The notes under the pieces are model-generated. The model was not told the origin of the DNA and ran no database searches. It saw nothing but the letters and a program-made list of their open reading frames with translations. DNA of 64,000 bases from a virus (taxonomy: Duplodnaviria > Caudoviricetes): positions 1-64,000 of the IMG/VR virus record IMGVR_UViG_3300042294_002093; one strand, 5' to 3'. The position numbers and the translations under genes were made by a program. Positions 33,256 through 43,482 of the stretch are shown piece by piece (within the stretch, counting starts at the first letter, position 1; each line of letters starts with the position of its first letter).

Positions 33256-34053
33256 TTAATTAGAGAGAATTGTTACCATTTTTGAAGATGGTGCTATTGA
33301 TTTTGAATTTGCTGCAACGGCTGCTGAGGCTGCTGAAGTATGAAATTCAATAGATATGCCTGGAATTAACCCCTTAAGTAGTGCATCTTTATCAGGAGTT
33401 ACTAAAGTTGCTAAAATGTCAACTTCTCCAGTCTTGTATGTGCTCTTATACATATATGATCCAACAGAAACAACCTCTGATACGCATGCTGGGAAATCAA
33501 TTGGTTTTGCTGGATTATTTCCTGCTGAAGCATATACCTGAATACCCTTTAGATTAAGAGAGATAACAGAAGACTTTACCTTATCAAAACCTGTTTGCGG
33601 TGTGTATGGTGCTGATGCTGGAGGAAAACACTGTCCAGCCAACCTTGGTGTAGTATTGTTTATGTATCTTGAGAATGATACTGCAGATACAGCATTAGAA
33701 TTGCTATTTACAAAATCTAAAGCATTAATAAATCCATGAAGGTTAACATCAGTAGCAATACCCCTTTTGCTTACTGGCGCTGCCTGAATTAAAACCAATG
33801 TTGCAGATGGATTTTGCTGACGAGCAATAAGTGCCATCTGTGTTCCATGATCTTTATTTGATACTGTTTTGTTTACACAACGATCTGACGCAACACAAAC
33901 AAACTCAACACTTCCAGTAATCTGTGATAGATTAAATGCATCGTCAATAATAACAATTCGCTCACCTACTGCTGCTTGTGATTGAATTGGTACTACAACT
34001 GAAAACAATACTGCTAATAGTACTACGATCTTTTTCATTTTATTCCTTTTCAT
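33256..34053 (-). CDS. secreted subtilisin-like (S8) protease homolog
   Basis: signal peptide; IIDD, HGTQMA, ASAGN, FPAC..V.SVG, HTSAA. Confidence 0.7.
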   Translation of the reverse strand: MKRNKMKKIVVLLAVLFSVVVPIQSQAAVGERIVIIDDAFNLSQITGSVEFVCVASDRCVNKTVSNKDHGTQMALIARQQNPSATLVLIQAAPVSKRGIATDVNLHGFINALDFVNSNSNAVSAVSFSRYINNTTPRLAGQCFPPASAPYTPQTGFDKVKSSVISLNLKGIQVYASAGNNPAKPIDFPACVSEVVSVGSYMYKSTYKTGEVDILATLVTPDKDALLKGLIPGISIEFHTSAASAAVAANSKSIAPSSKMVTILSN

Positions 34054-34054
34054 T

Positions 34055-34258
34055 TTACGATATCATCAATCTGATGACATGACAACATGGGTCGCCACCT
34101 TGGCCCCACTCTTCACCTTCTTCTTCACTCATGTACTCATATCCGCCATCATGAGTATTGCAGTATGGTGGTGTTACCCAACCTCTTTCAATACCGTTTT
34201 CAAGCCAGATACCAAACTCCTGCTCTTCTGGAGATATGTCTTCGTGCAAATGGTTCAT
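34055..34258 (-). CDS. hypothetical protein
   Basis: ORF track; CNTHDG, GGDPC. Confidence 0.65.
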   Translation of the reverse strand: MNHLHEDISPEEQEFGIWLENGIERGWVTPPYCNTHDGGYEYMSEEEGEEWGQGGDPCCHVIRLMIS

Positions 34259-34273
34259 GTATTAATTATAGCC

Positions 34274-34804
34274 TTAAACACTGACTACGTCAACTGGGCC
34301 CATGCAAGATGGGCTAAACTTTATTGCTGAATTTACTGCTCCAACAACTCTTTTACGAGGATCTTTAGATTTTTCTGTAGCATTTAAGTATCCATATGCA
34401 TATTCAGCGCCAGAGCCCATTGCCAAATAACCTAAATTATATTTAGATAAAGACATATCTACAGAACTGTGTTCATATATCTGTCCTTTAATACAAATAA
34501 TAAGACCAAGGTCGCCTTCTTTAGTTGTGTCTACCCACCAGTCATTATAAAAATTTCTTAGTTGTTTAATAAATTTAGTTTGCATAAACTTATCTGTATC
34601 TTTTATGTCTGGCACATATGGATTAAAGTTATAACGAATGCGCTCACCGTCCAATGCCCCAGCATATCCAATTAAATATGGTCCAAGTTTCCAAACCTTT
34701 GGTGCTGTTAAAGAAAGAATTGTGTTGTCATCGGAAGCACCACGATCACCAGCCATATATATTTTATTAGTTAATTCATCACGAACAACAGCAAGCACAG
34801 TCAT
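34274..34804 (-). CDS. Ntn-hydrolase, proteasome-beta/HslV-like peptidase
   Basis: M-T start, AGD, PKV, GYAG, AMGSG motifs. Confidence 0.75.
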   Translation of the reverse strand: MTVLAVVRDELTNKIYMAGDRGASDDNTILSLTAPKVWKLGPYLIGYAGALDGERIRYNFNPYVPDIKDTDKFMQTKFIKQLRNFYNDWWVDTTKEGDLGLIICIKGQIYEHSSVDMSLSKYNLGYLAMGSGAEYAYGYLNATEKSKDPRKRVVGAVNSAIKFSPSCMGPVDVVSV

Positions 34805-34880
34805 AGGCAAAGCCCTCTCCAGAGATATATACCTAAGTATATCATTCCTAGAAAGGGCTGTCAACTATGGTCAATAATGA

Positions 34881-35165
34881 CTAATTAGCCTTTTTGTCTA
34901 CTGTTTTAAACGCATCATTGATCTCTGACAATGTGAGTCTTCCATCGTCCAAAAAAGCCCTTGCCAGTCTTTCAATAACGCTTGCTACGCCAAGTAGTCC
35001 CGCTAACATTACTGCTTGAATTGTATCAATTCCAACAACTGCTCCAGCGCCTAGTACTGATAGGCCAGATGCTGCAAAAACTGCGACAATACGCATTAAT
35101 ATATTAGAAAGGGCTTTTTGTGGGCTCTCTTTTTTATGATCTACTAACACTTTTTTAGTTGCCAT
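34881..35165 (-). CDS. membrane protein
   Basis: two TMs; DDGRLTLSEIN. Confidence 0.7.
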   Translation of the reverse strand: MATKKVLVDHKKESPQKALSNILMRIVAVFAASGLSVLGAGAVVGIDTIQAVMLAGLLGVASVIERLARAFLDDGRLTLSEINDAFKTVDKKAN

Positions 35166-35167
35166 AT

Positions 35168-35350
35168 TTATTCCTCATTTCTATTTCTGATCGGACTTGT
35201 AATTATCCAAAGAGCAGTTGTAGCCATAATTCCATAGCCAACAACAGTCTTTGCACTTCCATCCAAAACGACCCAAGCAATAAACATACCAAGAAGGGTC
35301 CATGCTTGGTCTACCATATCTTTTAGGATATTCTTTATTATTCTTACCAT
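35168..35350 (-). CDS. small membrane protein
   Basis: WTLLGMFIAWVVLDGSAK. Confidence 0.7.
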   Translation of the reverse strand: MVRIIKNILKDMVDQAWTLLGMFIAWVVLDGSAKTVVGYGIMATTALWIITSPIRNRNEE

Positions 35351-37377
35351 TTTCTTCCTCCTCGTGAACCTGGTGAATTTGCTCCTGATGAGCCTCCCCC
35401 AGAACTTCCTCCGCCTCCAGTGCTGCCTCCTGTGGCTCCTCCTGCAGCAACTGCTGCTGCGTTAATTGCTGCACCTGCTGCTACAACTGTAGCAACAACC
35501 ATATCTGTTGCTTCTTCTCTTTCTTCATCTGACATATCTGCACCTATATTTCCCAATGCCTGGAGTGCTGCTCCAGGATCTGCAAATGCTGTTGATAATA
35601 ACTCTGCTGGATTTTCAAGTAATACTAAAGATGCTGCTACCTCTGCAGTAATAACAACTTCGTTACCATTTTCATCTTGTCTTACCTCAACTGGAGTATC
35701 TGCAGGCAAATCCTTATATTCAATTCCTGCCTCCTGTATCTGTTCTTTAGTCAAAGATTCTCCCTCTTCAAGTGATTCTATAAGAGCATCTGCAATCAAT
35801 TCTTTTTCTACATTAGTTAATTTTCCGTCTTCAGATAAAGTATCTGCAAGATTTTGAACTTCTTCTGCAGTTACTTCACCATCACTCGCAAGTTCATTTA
35901 AAATATCTTCTGCTTCTTCTGTATTTATTCGCCCATCAGATAATGCGTCATTAACAGATTCTTCTACTGCTTCTTCTGATCCTACTTCTGGCTCTTCTGC
36001 AGGTTGCTCTTCTATAATTGGTTCTTCAATTCCTGGTTCTTCAGTAATAGGCTCTTCTACTATAGGCTCTTCTACTATAGGCTCTTCTGTAACTGGCTCT
36101 TCTGTAGGCATTTCTTCTATAGGTGGCTCAAATACAGGTGGTTCAGGTAGCGAAGGTTCAATATAAACTGGTGTAGATTCTGCAATCTCTGCTATTTTTG
36201 TTGCTAATATTGTGGCTGCTTCTGATAATGTAGTAATATTGTTTTGTGAAACAGTTAGTATTGGAGCAATAACGATATTTGCATTTGCTGTATTTGTTGC
36301 AACAACTGCTGTGATTGCTGAATTTAATGTGGCAATTTGTGCATTTGCTGTATCAATTGCTGCCAGTACTGTTGCATTGTCTGGATCAGGGGTAGGAGTA
36401 AATGCAGAGCCCTGACTGATTGTTCCAGTAAATCCTGTAGTAGTACTTGTATTATTAATATTTGTTACAACACCATTAGTTGTCTCTCTTACGTTAAACC
36501 TTGCGCCATTTGGAATAGGTCCAGTCACGCTTACGTCTGCCTGCCAGGCACCATCTGATGGGTTTACATCTGCGTTAAATCTAACTTGAGTCATTTGTGT
36601 ATCGGCGGTAGTTAGTGGAAATACTCTAAGATCCCAAGCAATGTCAAGTGTATTAGTAGTTGTTGAATATGTAATCCCAGAACCATTACTCCATGTAGTC
36701 CAGTCATATCCTGCTATAGAAATAGAAGGGGCATTAGGAGTAGAGTAATAATTTCCACCTTCATTTACACCAAAGGTAATAGTTGCATTAGATCCAACGT
36801 AAACATTATTATATGTTACTCCTCCCATCTGTAAATTAAATGGAAGGTTCATGCGGATACCCGCATCATCTGTATTTGCTAAAACATTTGATGTTGTCCC
36901 AACTGTGGCTACTAAAGCATTTACCGCATCTTGAGCGTTATTAATTGCTACATTTGCTTGAGTTAATTGTGTTTGAGCCTCTGTCCGTGCAGGAGTTACT
37001 GCTGCTACCGCCGTGGTTGCAGTTGCTATAGTTGCTGTAGTTGACTCTACTAATGTTTGTGCTGATTGAATTAAAGTGGTTGCTGTTTCTATAACCAAAG
37101 GCACTTCTGCTACCGCAGTAATTGCTTCAGTGACTGCAGTATTTGCTATTGTTACGGCAGTGTTAGATGTTGTTACTGCTTGGACTGCAGTTTCTATTGT
37201 GGCTGTTGCGGTATCTGATGCTGCTTCTGCCTGTGCTACTTCTGTAGCAGCAGTGTCCAAGGCTGTATTGACTGCCTGTTGGGCAGGACTTACAACAACC
37301 TGCTCTGCTGGGGGTGGAACATCATTAGCATGTGCATGATCGACTGGAGATATAAGCATCCATAAAGTTAAAAACAA
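35344..37377 (-). CDS. large secreted/membrane-anchored surface protein (Ala/Thr-rich stalk, NIDO-like beta domain, EEP repeats)
   Basis: signal peptide, DD...LPF..YVGSN.TITF motif, Pro/Glu repeats, hydrophobic then Gly-rich C-terminus; start may lie slightly upstream. Confidence 0.75.
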   Translation of the reverse strand: MFLTLWMLISPVDHAHANDVPPPAEQVVVSPAQQAVNTALDTAATEVAQAEAASDTATATIETAVQAVTTSNTAVTIANTAVTEAITAVAEVPLVIETATTLIQSAQTLVESTTATIATATTAVAAVTPARTEAQTQLTQANVAINNAQDAVNALVATVGTTSNVLANTDDAGIRMNLPFNLQMGGVTYNNVYVGSNATITFGVNEGGNYYSTPNAPSISIAGYDWTTWSNGSGITYSTTTNTLDIAWDLRVFPLTTADTQMTQVRFNADVNPSDGAWQADVSVTGPIPNGARFNVRETTNGVVTNINNTSTTTGFTGTISQGSAFTPTPDPDNATVLAAIDTANAQIATLNSAITAVVATNTANANIVIAPILTVSQNNITTLSEAATILATKIAEIAESTPVYIEPSLPEPPVFEPPIEEMPTEEPVTEEPIVEEPIVEEPITEEPGIEEPIIEEQPAEEPEVGSEEAVEESVNDALSDGRINTEEAEDILNELASDGEVTAEEVQNLADTLSEDGKLTNVEKELIADALIESLEEGESLTKEQIQEAGIEYKDLPADTPVEVRQDENGNEVVITAEVAASLVLLENPAELLSTAFADPGAALQALGNIGADMSDEEREEATDMVVATVVAAGAAINAAAVAAGGATGGSTGGGGSSGGGSSGANSPGSRGGRKW
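35988..36120 (-). repeat. 15 bp coding tandem repeats (EEPI[V/T])
   Basis: ataggctcttctact units. Confidence 0.8.
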
Positions 37378-37470
37378 ACCGATTAATCCAATTTTTATAA
37401 GTAATGATTTAATTAACCTTTCCCCCTTATACAGACAATGTCTGTTAGGATGATTATACCATTTTATTAC

Positions 37471-37502
37471 AAAAAAAAGAGGGCAGAAATTAATCTGCCC
37501 CC
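37471..37502 (-). terminator. intrinsic terminator
   Basis: GGGCAGA-ttaatt-TCTGCCC then TCTTTTTTTT on the minus strand. Confidence 0.75.
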
Positions 37503-37519
37503 TAATTTAGAGAAGTTAA

Positions 37520-39208
37520 TTACTTCTTTTTGTATCCTGTAGGACATACAGGTGCAACGGCTGTAACCTTTTTAGTTAACTTACCCTTTACACATGTGAT
37601 TGTTTTCTTAGGAGCAATCATTAATTGAAGTTGCTCAATTTGCTTTGTGATAGATGCAATAAGTGCTACGATTCCATTAAGAACCTCAGCATTGCTAATT
37701 GCGCCATCAGCAATCTTGTAAGATACAGTTTTTGCTGCATCAGTTGCTACATAGGCTGGAAGATCTACGATCATATTGTATGCACCATTGACATTGCCAA
37801 CAGTAAACTTGTATGTCTTTACTCCTTGAGCAAATGTATCTGCTGATGTTGGAGCAGCAATTGCTGTTAATCCACCACCAGAAATGGCAACGCCACTTCC
37901 AACTGTAGAGGTATCTGCAACCTTTGCGCCATTAATATCAGTAGCAGAGATTGTAAGTGTAGCAATTTCTCCTGGAACATAAGAGTTCTTATCGAGAGAT
38001 GCTGTGTACTTGTTTACGCCTAGACCACATGCTGCAACAAACTCGTTTGAGTAAATTTCAGACAGGTCTGATAATACATGCTTGATTCTTACAATAGAAG
38101 AACCAGATGTAGCAGCGCATGTCCAACCACCAGTTTGTACTGCTGTAGCGGATGAAGATCCACCTACAGAAACTGCAGTAACTTGAGAAGTATACTTTGT
38201 GGTATCAGCAGTTGGAGTAATTCCAGCCAATTGATTACCAGCAGCATCCTTAACTACAAAGTCATAAGTTCCTGTGCGTGTTCCATTAGATAATGCAATG
38301 TCAACACCTGTTACGGAAATTGATGCTGCACGACCTGAGAATGCAATACTTTTAGTTGCAAGAGTTACACCATTAAAAGTAATTGTAATTGTTGTATTTA
38401 CTGGCTTGTTTTCATTTGCAGTTCCTTGAACTACATATAAAACTCCAGAAGTTCCTGTTTTGGCTGCTGTATTAACCTGTGTGCTTGGAGCAGCATCCCA
38501 TGCTACTACCGCACCATTAGTTGCAGTTGCTTGAATTACACCGCTAGTTGATAGTTGTGCTGCATAAGCATCCATTGTACGAACGTTTACGTATCCCGTT
38601 CCTGCATTAGTAACGCTTGTAGCAGTTGCAACATCTACACTAGATGTTAGTGTTCCCGCTGTTGCTGAATCTTGTACACGAACATAAGAGTCTGCTACAG
38701 ACAAAACGTTTGTTTTTACAGTTGTTCCAGCATAGATAGTTTTAATATCAATAGTAGAAGTAGTTGATCCAACTTTCTTCTTTTGTGTTACCGTTACGGT
38801 ACCTGCACCATTAACAGTCAACTTAACATTTGTTGGCAGTGTAACTGCTGTTGATGTTGTTGCTGTAAATGTAAATGTCTTACCTAAATTAGTAAGTGTT
38901 GCTCCCGTAGGGTTTGATCCTGCTGCTGTGTAATCAGTAAATGTTGCTGGACCAGAAATTTCTAGCGATAGATTGTCGTCTGCAGTAGCAGCCAAGGTAT
39001 CGCTTGTTGTTAATGCAACAATTGCGTTAACTCCAGCCTCTGCCTTGGTTGTGTCTGTTAATACGGTTACACCACGTGCACCAGCAGCAAGTGAATCAGA
39101 TAATACATATCCGTTTGTCACTGCAGCAGAAGCCTGTGGAATTGCAACCAAAAATGTGCTTGATACGGCTGCAGCCATAACTAAAGCGATTTTTTTGAAT
39201 GAATTCAT
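37520..39208 (-). CDS. host-like S-layer / Ig-like surface protein with an acI-type C-terminal motif
   Basis: MNSFKKIAL signal, Thr/Ala/Val-rich body, C-terminal KKTITCVKGKLTKKVTAVAPVCPTGYKKK. Confidence 0.75.
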   Translation of the reverse strand: MNSFKKIALVMAAAVSSTFLVAIPQASAAVTNGYVLSDSLAAGARGVTVLTDTTKAEAGVNAIVALTTSDTLAATADDNLSLEISGPATFTDYTAAGSNPTGATLTNLGKTFTFTATTSTAVTLPTNVKLTVNGAGTVTVTQKKKVGSTTSTIDIKTIYAGTTVKTNVLSVADSYVRVQDSATAGTLTSSVDVATATSVTNAGTGYVNVRTMDAYAAQLSTSGVIQATATNGAVVAWDAAPSTQVNTAAKTGTSGVLYVVQGTANENKPVNTTITITFNGVTLATKSIAFSGRAASISVTGVDIALSNGTRTGTYDFVVKDAAGNQLAGITPTADTTKYTSQVTAVSVGGSSSATAVQTGGWTCAATSGSSIVRIKHVLSDLSEIYSNEFVAACGLGVNKYTASLDKNSYVPGEIATLTISATDINGAKVADTSTVGSGVAISGGGLTAIAAPTSADTFAQGVKTYKFTVGNVNGAYNMIVDLPAYVATDAAKTVSYKIADGAISNAEVLNGIVALIASITKQIEQLQLMIAPKKTITCVKGKLTKKVTAVAPVCPTGYKKK

Positions 39209-39222
39209 TTGTTTCCTTTTCT

Positions 39223-40998
39223 TTATAGTAGATTGAATCTATCCAGATAATCTTTTACATCATCTGGCATAGACTTTAATTGTATCACATTGGTGCTGTT
39301 TGAGTCAAGTGGATCCTTTGGTCTATCTCTAAACGTATGAATCTCTATCTCCTCATTTGTATTTTTTGGGGTATGTGATATAGCCCCAAATATTGCTCCA
39401 CACACAGCATCTGCCAAGTCCTTGGAAGATTTTCTTGGGTGGTCAACTCTATTGTTTTTCATAATTTTTAACTCTGTTAACTCTTCAAACAAAAGTTCAA
39501 TTGCAGGCATTATTAGTCTTTCTTCATATACTAGCATAGCCATATCTTCATAATGTTTTTTTGCAATAGAAACAGTTTCGGTTCTAATTCCAACTTGTTT
39601 TAATTCATTCTGAATATCAAATGACTGCCAACGGTCAAACGAAACCATTCCAATATCAAAACCCTGTCTACGTAAATTCTGAATCCACAATTTTACTTCA
39701 GAAAGATTTACTGGGCCTTCAACCTTTGGCTCCCAATATACTACTGCATCTACTACGACTACAGGTGCTACTTGCTGATAATCTTTAATTACCTGAATAT
39801 TTACCCATTTTTCTACGTGTGCAATTGCAACCGCACATTTGTCATGCTTTTGTGCAAGGTCTGCATGGATATAATATTTTTTGTTTGGATCTGGTTTAAA
39901 TGTTTCGTCAAATCTTTTATGTGTATCTATTGGATTTCTTAAAGTCATGCATGCTCTTATTTTTTCTACCTGCTTAAAAAATGCATCAGTAGAGTGTGTT
40001 GGAACACATGCAAAGCGTTGCATAGCATCACCTAAGTCTGTCATAAATGCAATTTTAAAATCATCGATCTTGCGAGTAGGATTAACTTCCCATGTTGGAC
40101 GTTTAAGAGCAAATACTCCTGGATACTTGTATGAAATAATTGCATCCTCATCCCACTCAATTTCAAAAGAATTACCTTCCATATCTTCTGGCAAATCTTC
40201 ATTAATAATAAACTTATGTGTCTTACGTATAACATCTTTTTCTAAAATAACTTTGTCATATTGTGTTGAAATAAAGTCTCCAGGGTAACGAGGAAATGAA
40301 AGTAGTGCAACTTTTCCAAGGTCAGGAAAACGAGAATCTACTGAAGCACGAAATGCTTTATAGATATTCTCAGCAGTCTTTCCTTGGTCATTTCCAGTAC
40401 CAACTTGATTTGCAAAACCAGAAATTTCATCAAGAACTGCAAGGATCAAGTTTAAACCCTCGTGTGATTCTCTTTCTGAGTGACCAGAGTAAACAGTAAT
40501 AGCATTATCAAACTCAATGCTTTCTGCTTTTGGATTATACTTCCCAGCAAACCATGGAGACTTTTCAATTTTTGTTTTAAAACCTTTAAAAAATACATTC
40601 TTGGCCTGTTGTGCGTTAATAGCAACGTTAATAATATCTATAGCATCTCCAGATGGCTTACCAAAATATTTTGCTGGGTCTTTTAAACATAGAAGTTTGT
40701 ATACAATGTATGCACACGCTACTGTAGATGTGAAGTCTTTACCAGATCCCTTGCCAAGTTGCAGAATAACCTCATTCTTTGTATACTTTTTATAATATCT
40801 TGAACCTTCTTCTTGGCCCATTAGATCAATTAAATCTTCTTTTTTATATATTTGACTCATTGCTTCAATGATGTCATATTGAATTTGAGATAGGGGTGGT
40901 TGACCTAAAAAATCTTTGCCTTCAACAAAAGTAATTGCATCAACAGGAGTTTCTTTAAAGTTATTGTTTTTAAGTACTTCTAAAAATTCATCATACAT
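39223..40998 (-). CDS. terL: terminase large subunit
   Basis: LGKGSGKD Walker A, VLDE Walker B, HADLA nuclease motif, DHP..SKDLADA. Confidence 0.88.
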   Translation of the reverse strand: MYDEFLEVLKNNNFKETPVDAITFVEGKDFLGQPPLSQIQYDIIEAMSQIYKKEDLIDLMGQEEGSRYYKKYTKNEVILQLGKGSGKDFTSTVACAYIVYKLLCLKDPAKYFGKPSGDAIDIINVAINAQQAKNVFFKGFKTKIEKSPWFAGKYNPKAESIEFDNAITVYSGHSERESHEGLNLILAVLDEISGFANQVGTGNDQGKTAENIYKAFRASVDSRFPDLGKVALLSFPRYPGDFISTQYDKVILEKDVIRKTHKFIINEDLPEDMEGNSFEIEWDEDAIISYKYPGVFALKRPTWEVNPTRKIDDFKIAFMTDLGDAMQRFACVPTHSTDAFFKQVEKIRACMTLRNPIDTHKRFDETFKPDPNKKYYIHADLAQKHDKCAVAIAHVEKWVNIQVIKDYQQVAPVVVVDAVVYWEPKVEGPVNLSEVKLWIQNLRRQGFDIGMVSFDRWQSFDIQNELKQVGIRTETVSIAKKHYEDMAMLVYEERLIMPAIELLFEELTELKIMKNNRVDHPRKSSKDLADAVCGAIFGAISHTPKNTNEEIEIHTFRDRPKDPLDSNSTNVIQLKSMPDDVKDYLDRFNLL

Positions 40999-41524
40999 CT
41001 GAAATTACCGTTATAACTTCGTTTTCTTTTGATATTGTAGAAAGTTTACGCATAATTAAATCACGAACTTCTGGATGTGATGATGCTATATCTCTAAGTA
41101 TTCCAACAAGAACCTCTTGCCTATTTTCAATCTCTAACATTTCATCTGCAAGTTCTTTGTTTTCTAATAGACCAGCCTTTTGTAACATATCAATACGCTT
41201 AGACTCAATATCCATAACAAGTTTGATGGCTGCTGTTTTAGCGCTAAGGTTGTTTGTCATTGATGCTTCATCAATAACCTCATATGATTTTGATATTAGT
41301 TTGCTATAGTGAGTGTCTGCTCCAGAAAGCGCTTCTTTTGCACGAGCACGGATAGCAGCACTATTAGATGCAGTAACCTTCCATTCATCAATATACGCAA
41401 CAACACGTTGTCTTGGAATGTCTAGTTGTTTTGAAATTACTGTTGGGTCGTTTCCTTTTAAATATTCTTCAACAACGTTATTTACCTGATCAAGGTGTTT
41501 TACTAAATCTTCTTCAGTTGACAT
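40991..41524 (-). CDS. putative terminase small subunit (HTH plus helical)
   Basis: overlaps terL upstream; N-terminal HTH. Confidence 0.55.
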   Translation of the reverse strand: MSTEEDLVKHLDQVNNVVEEYLKGNDPTVISKQLDIPRQRVVAYIDEWKVTASNSAAIRARAKEALSGADTHYSKLISKSYEVIDEASMTNNLSAKTAAIKLVMDIESKRIDMLQKAGLLENKELADEMLEIENRQEVLVGILRDIASSHPEVRDLIMRKLSTISKENEVITVISDV

Positions 41525-41774
41525 GCTTGCCTTCTAGCCTATTAATTTCATCTTTAATGTAAAATATTGCTTTTTCAAGGTCTTGTATTGTTTTTGATTC
41601 ATCTTTAAGTCCTGCTCTCCAAAGGTATTTAAAAGCATTCCCAATATTAAAATTACGATGGCGAGTTATTTCTATACATTCAATACCAGAAGGATCTGAA
41701 GTATAGTGTAATGGGTTATTAACTTGATCAACAGTTATGTTAAGATTCTCACTCATCATCATTCTCCCAATCAA
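41514..41774 (-). CDS. DUF3310 family protein
   Basis: VNNPLHY..GIECI...GNAFKYLWRAGLK...DLEKA. Confidence 0.85.
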   Translation of the reverse strand: MIGRMMMSENLNITVDQVNNPLHYTSDPSGIECIEITRHRNFNIGNAFKYLWRAGLKDESKTIQDLEKAIFYIKDEINRLEGKHVN

Positions 41775-41864
41775 ATACGTCTGGTAAGTCTTTTAATGTA
41801 GATAGTGCATAGGTAATTCCAACTGCCCCTACAATTGCTAAGGCTAAAATAATTTTATTTTTAT

Positions 41865-42020
41865 TCATCGTCTAGATTTCCTTAATTTAAATTTTGCAAG
41901 GTATACATATATAGTTTCCACTGTACATCCACACTCTTTAGCAATGTCTTCTGGAGTCTTTTTATCTAAAACGTAACGTTTACGAAGCCAAGACTCACTT
42001 GTATATAGTTTAGCAGCCAT
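41865..42020 (-). CDS. small HTH DNA-binding protein
   Basis: WLRKRY...PEDIAKECGCTVETI. Confidence 0.7.
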   Translation of the reverse strand: MAAKLYTSESWLRKRYVLDKKTPEDIAKECGCTVETIYVYLAKFKLRKSRR

Positions 42021-42024
42021 GGCT

Positions 42025-42669
42025 TTATTTGTCAACCTCTTTTTCATTAATATCATAATTAAATCTATTAGAGTTTTCTATGATCCACTTATCTTGATTT
42101 TCAACATCGTATTTTCTTTCATTAATTATCCTATCAATTAAATAGTCTTTTTCAAGAGTAAATGATGGCTCATATACACGAACCCTATTGTTTGGCTGGA
42201 TGGCAAAATTTCCATCATCTCTTTGTATAACATGACCACATTTGTGATCTGCAGGGCTTTCAGAGTACCCATCGTCTAAAACATTTGTGTCTGGGTTATG
42301 CCAATCCAATGTAAATAAGTATGTTCCTTTCTGCATTGTTTTTGTTCTGTCTATATAAGACATTCTAAGGTTTGTTAAATTTTCAAATCTTGTTACGGCA
42401 ACGTGGTGACTAAAAGAATTCCATAACACTAGATTGTGTAGGTCAACTTCAGGAACTCCTGGCTCTGTACAGAAAGCAGAAATTGGAAGTCTCCACCACA
42501 ATCCACCATCTGGCATCATAATATGAAACAGTGGGCTTCTAGACTTTAAACTTGAAACACCAAAAATAACACACTCAAAATATTTATCATGGCTGTCTTG
42601 ATGATTTCTTAAATAATTTCCTCTTACATAACAGTTTATAGGTGGTATGTTTGCATTTAACTCTGGCAT
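42025..42669 (-). CDS. conserved hypothetical phage protein
   Basis: LNANIPP, YLFTLDW, HKCGH, QPNNR. Confidence 0.75.
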   Translation of the reverse strand: MPELNANIPPINCYVRGNYLRNHQDSHDKYFECVIFGVSSLKSRSPLFHIMMPDGGLWWRLPISAFCTEPGVPEVDLHNLVLWNSFSHHVAVTRFENLTNLRMSYIDRTKTMQKGTYLFTLDWHNPDTNVLDDGYSESPADHKCGHVIQRDDGNFAIQPNNRVRVYEPSFTLEKDYLIDRIINERKYDVENQDKWIIENSNRFNYDINEKEVDK

Positions 42670-42893
42670 TATATATTTATTTTCCAATTCATTGTCTTGG
42701 GACCTTGATCAATTAATTCAAACATCTGTTGTTCAAATTGTTTTCTTAGTTGCTCATACAGTTTAGGGTTAACTTCTTTTAGTTTGTCTGTAATAGAATA
42801 TAACATTTCTCCAGTATTACTGTCAATACTTGATATCTCTAAAGCATTTTGTAAAACTAGATGCTCTATCATTGCTTCTGTTCTAATGTCCAT
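42669..42893 (-). CDS. hypothetical protein
   Basis: ORF-track 42669..42950 trimmed to MDIRTE. Confidence 0.6.
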   Translation of the reverse strand: MDIRTEAMIEHLVLQNALEISSIDSNTGEMLYSITDKLKEVNPKLYEQLRKQFEQQMFELIDQGPKTMNWKINI

Positions 42894-42894
42894 T

Positions 42895-43482
42895 TTATAA
42901 AAACGCCTTCTCCCAGTTATGCATTGCCCAGTGGCCGATTCCACAAGCATCTGCTATATCATTATCCGTAATAGCCTTATCATATTGAACATTAATAAAT
43001 TTAATAGTTCTTTGCTTTCTTAATTCTCTTTCATATGATTTAAACCAAGAATCTGATTTTCCTGGATTTTGTGATCGAATAAATAATTTTTCATCTTTAG
43101 AAATCTTTTTGTTGCCAATGAAGTTTTGCCATGTAATTGGTGCAACCTTTCCTATTGTCTTTGTTCCAGATTGCCCTGCTGCTCCAAGAATAGCACCCTG
43201 AACTAGTGCAAGATCTGCAGCAGTCTTAGGACTATTCATAAATACAGTATGCTCAATTACTATTGCTTCAAACCCATCATAATAATCAAGAAATGCCTTT
43301 ACTTTTTGACCAGCATCCATTACCTTTTGATATGTGTCATTTCCAGAAAAGTTTATCTTTCCAACAGTGCTCAATATTTTTTCTTGAGTGTTAAACAAAG
43401 CAAAAGCAAGACTATTGGTACTAGCATCTATAGAACAAATGGTCTTTGGAATAATTTCTAAACCCCACTTATTTTTTACCAT
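42895..43482 (-). CDS. RuvC-like Holliday junction resolvase
   Basis: SIDAS, IVIE, DNDIADA..IG. Confidence 0.75.
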   Translation of the reverse strand: MVKNKWGLEIIPKTICSIDASTNSLAFALFNTQEKILSTVGKINFSGNDTYQKVMDAGQKVKAFLDYYDGFEAIVIEHTVFMNSPKTAADLALVQGAILGAAGQSGTKTIGKVAPITWQNFIGNKKISKDEKLFIRSQNPGKSDSWFKSYERELRKQRTIKFINVQYDKAITDNDIADACGIGHWAMHNWEKAFL

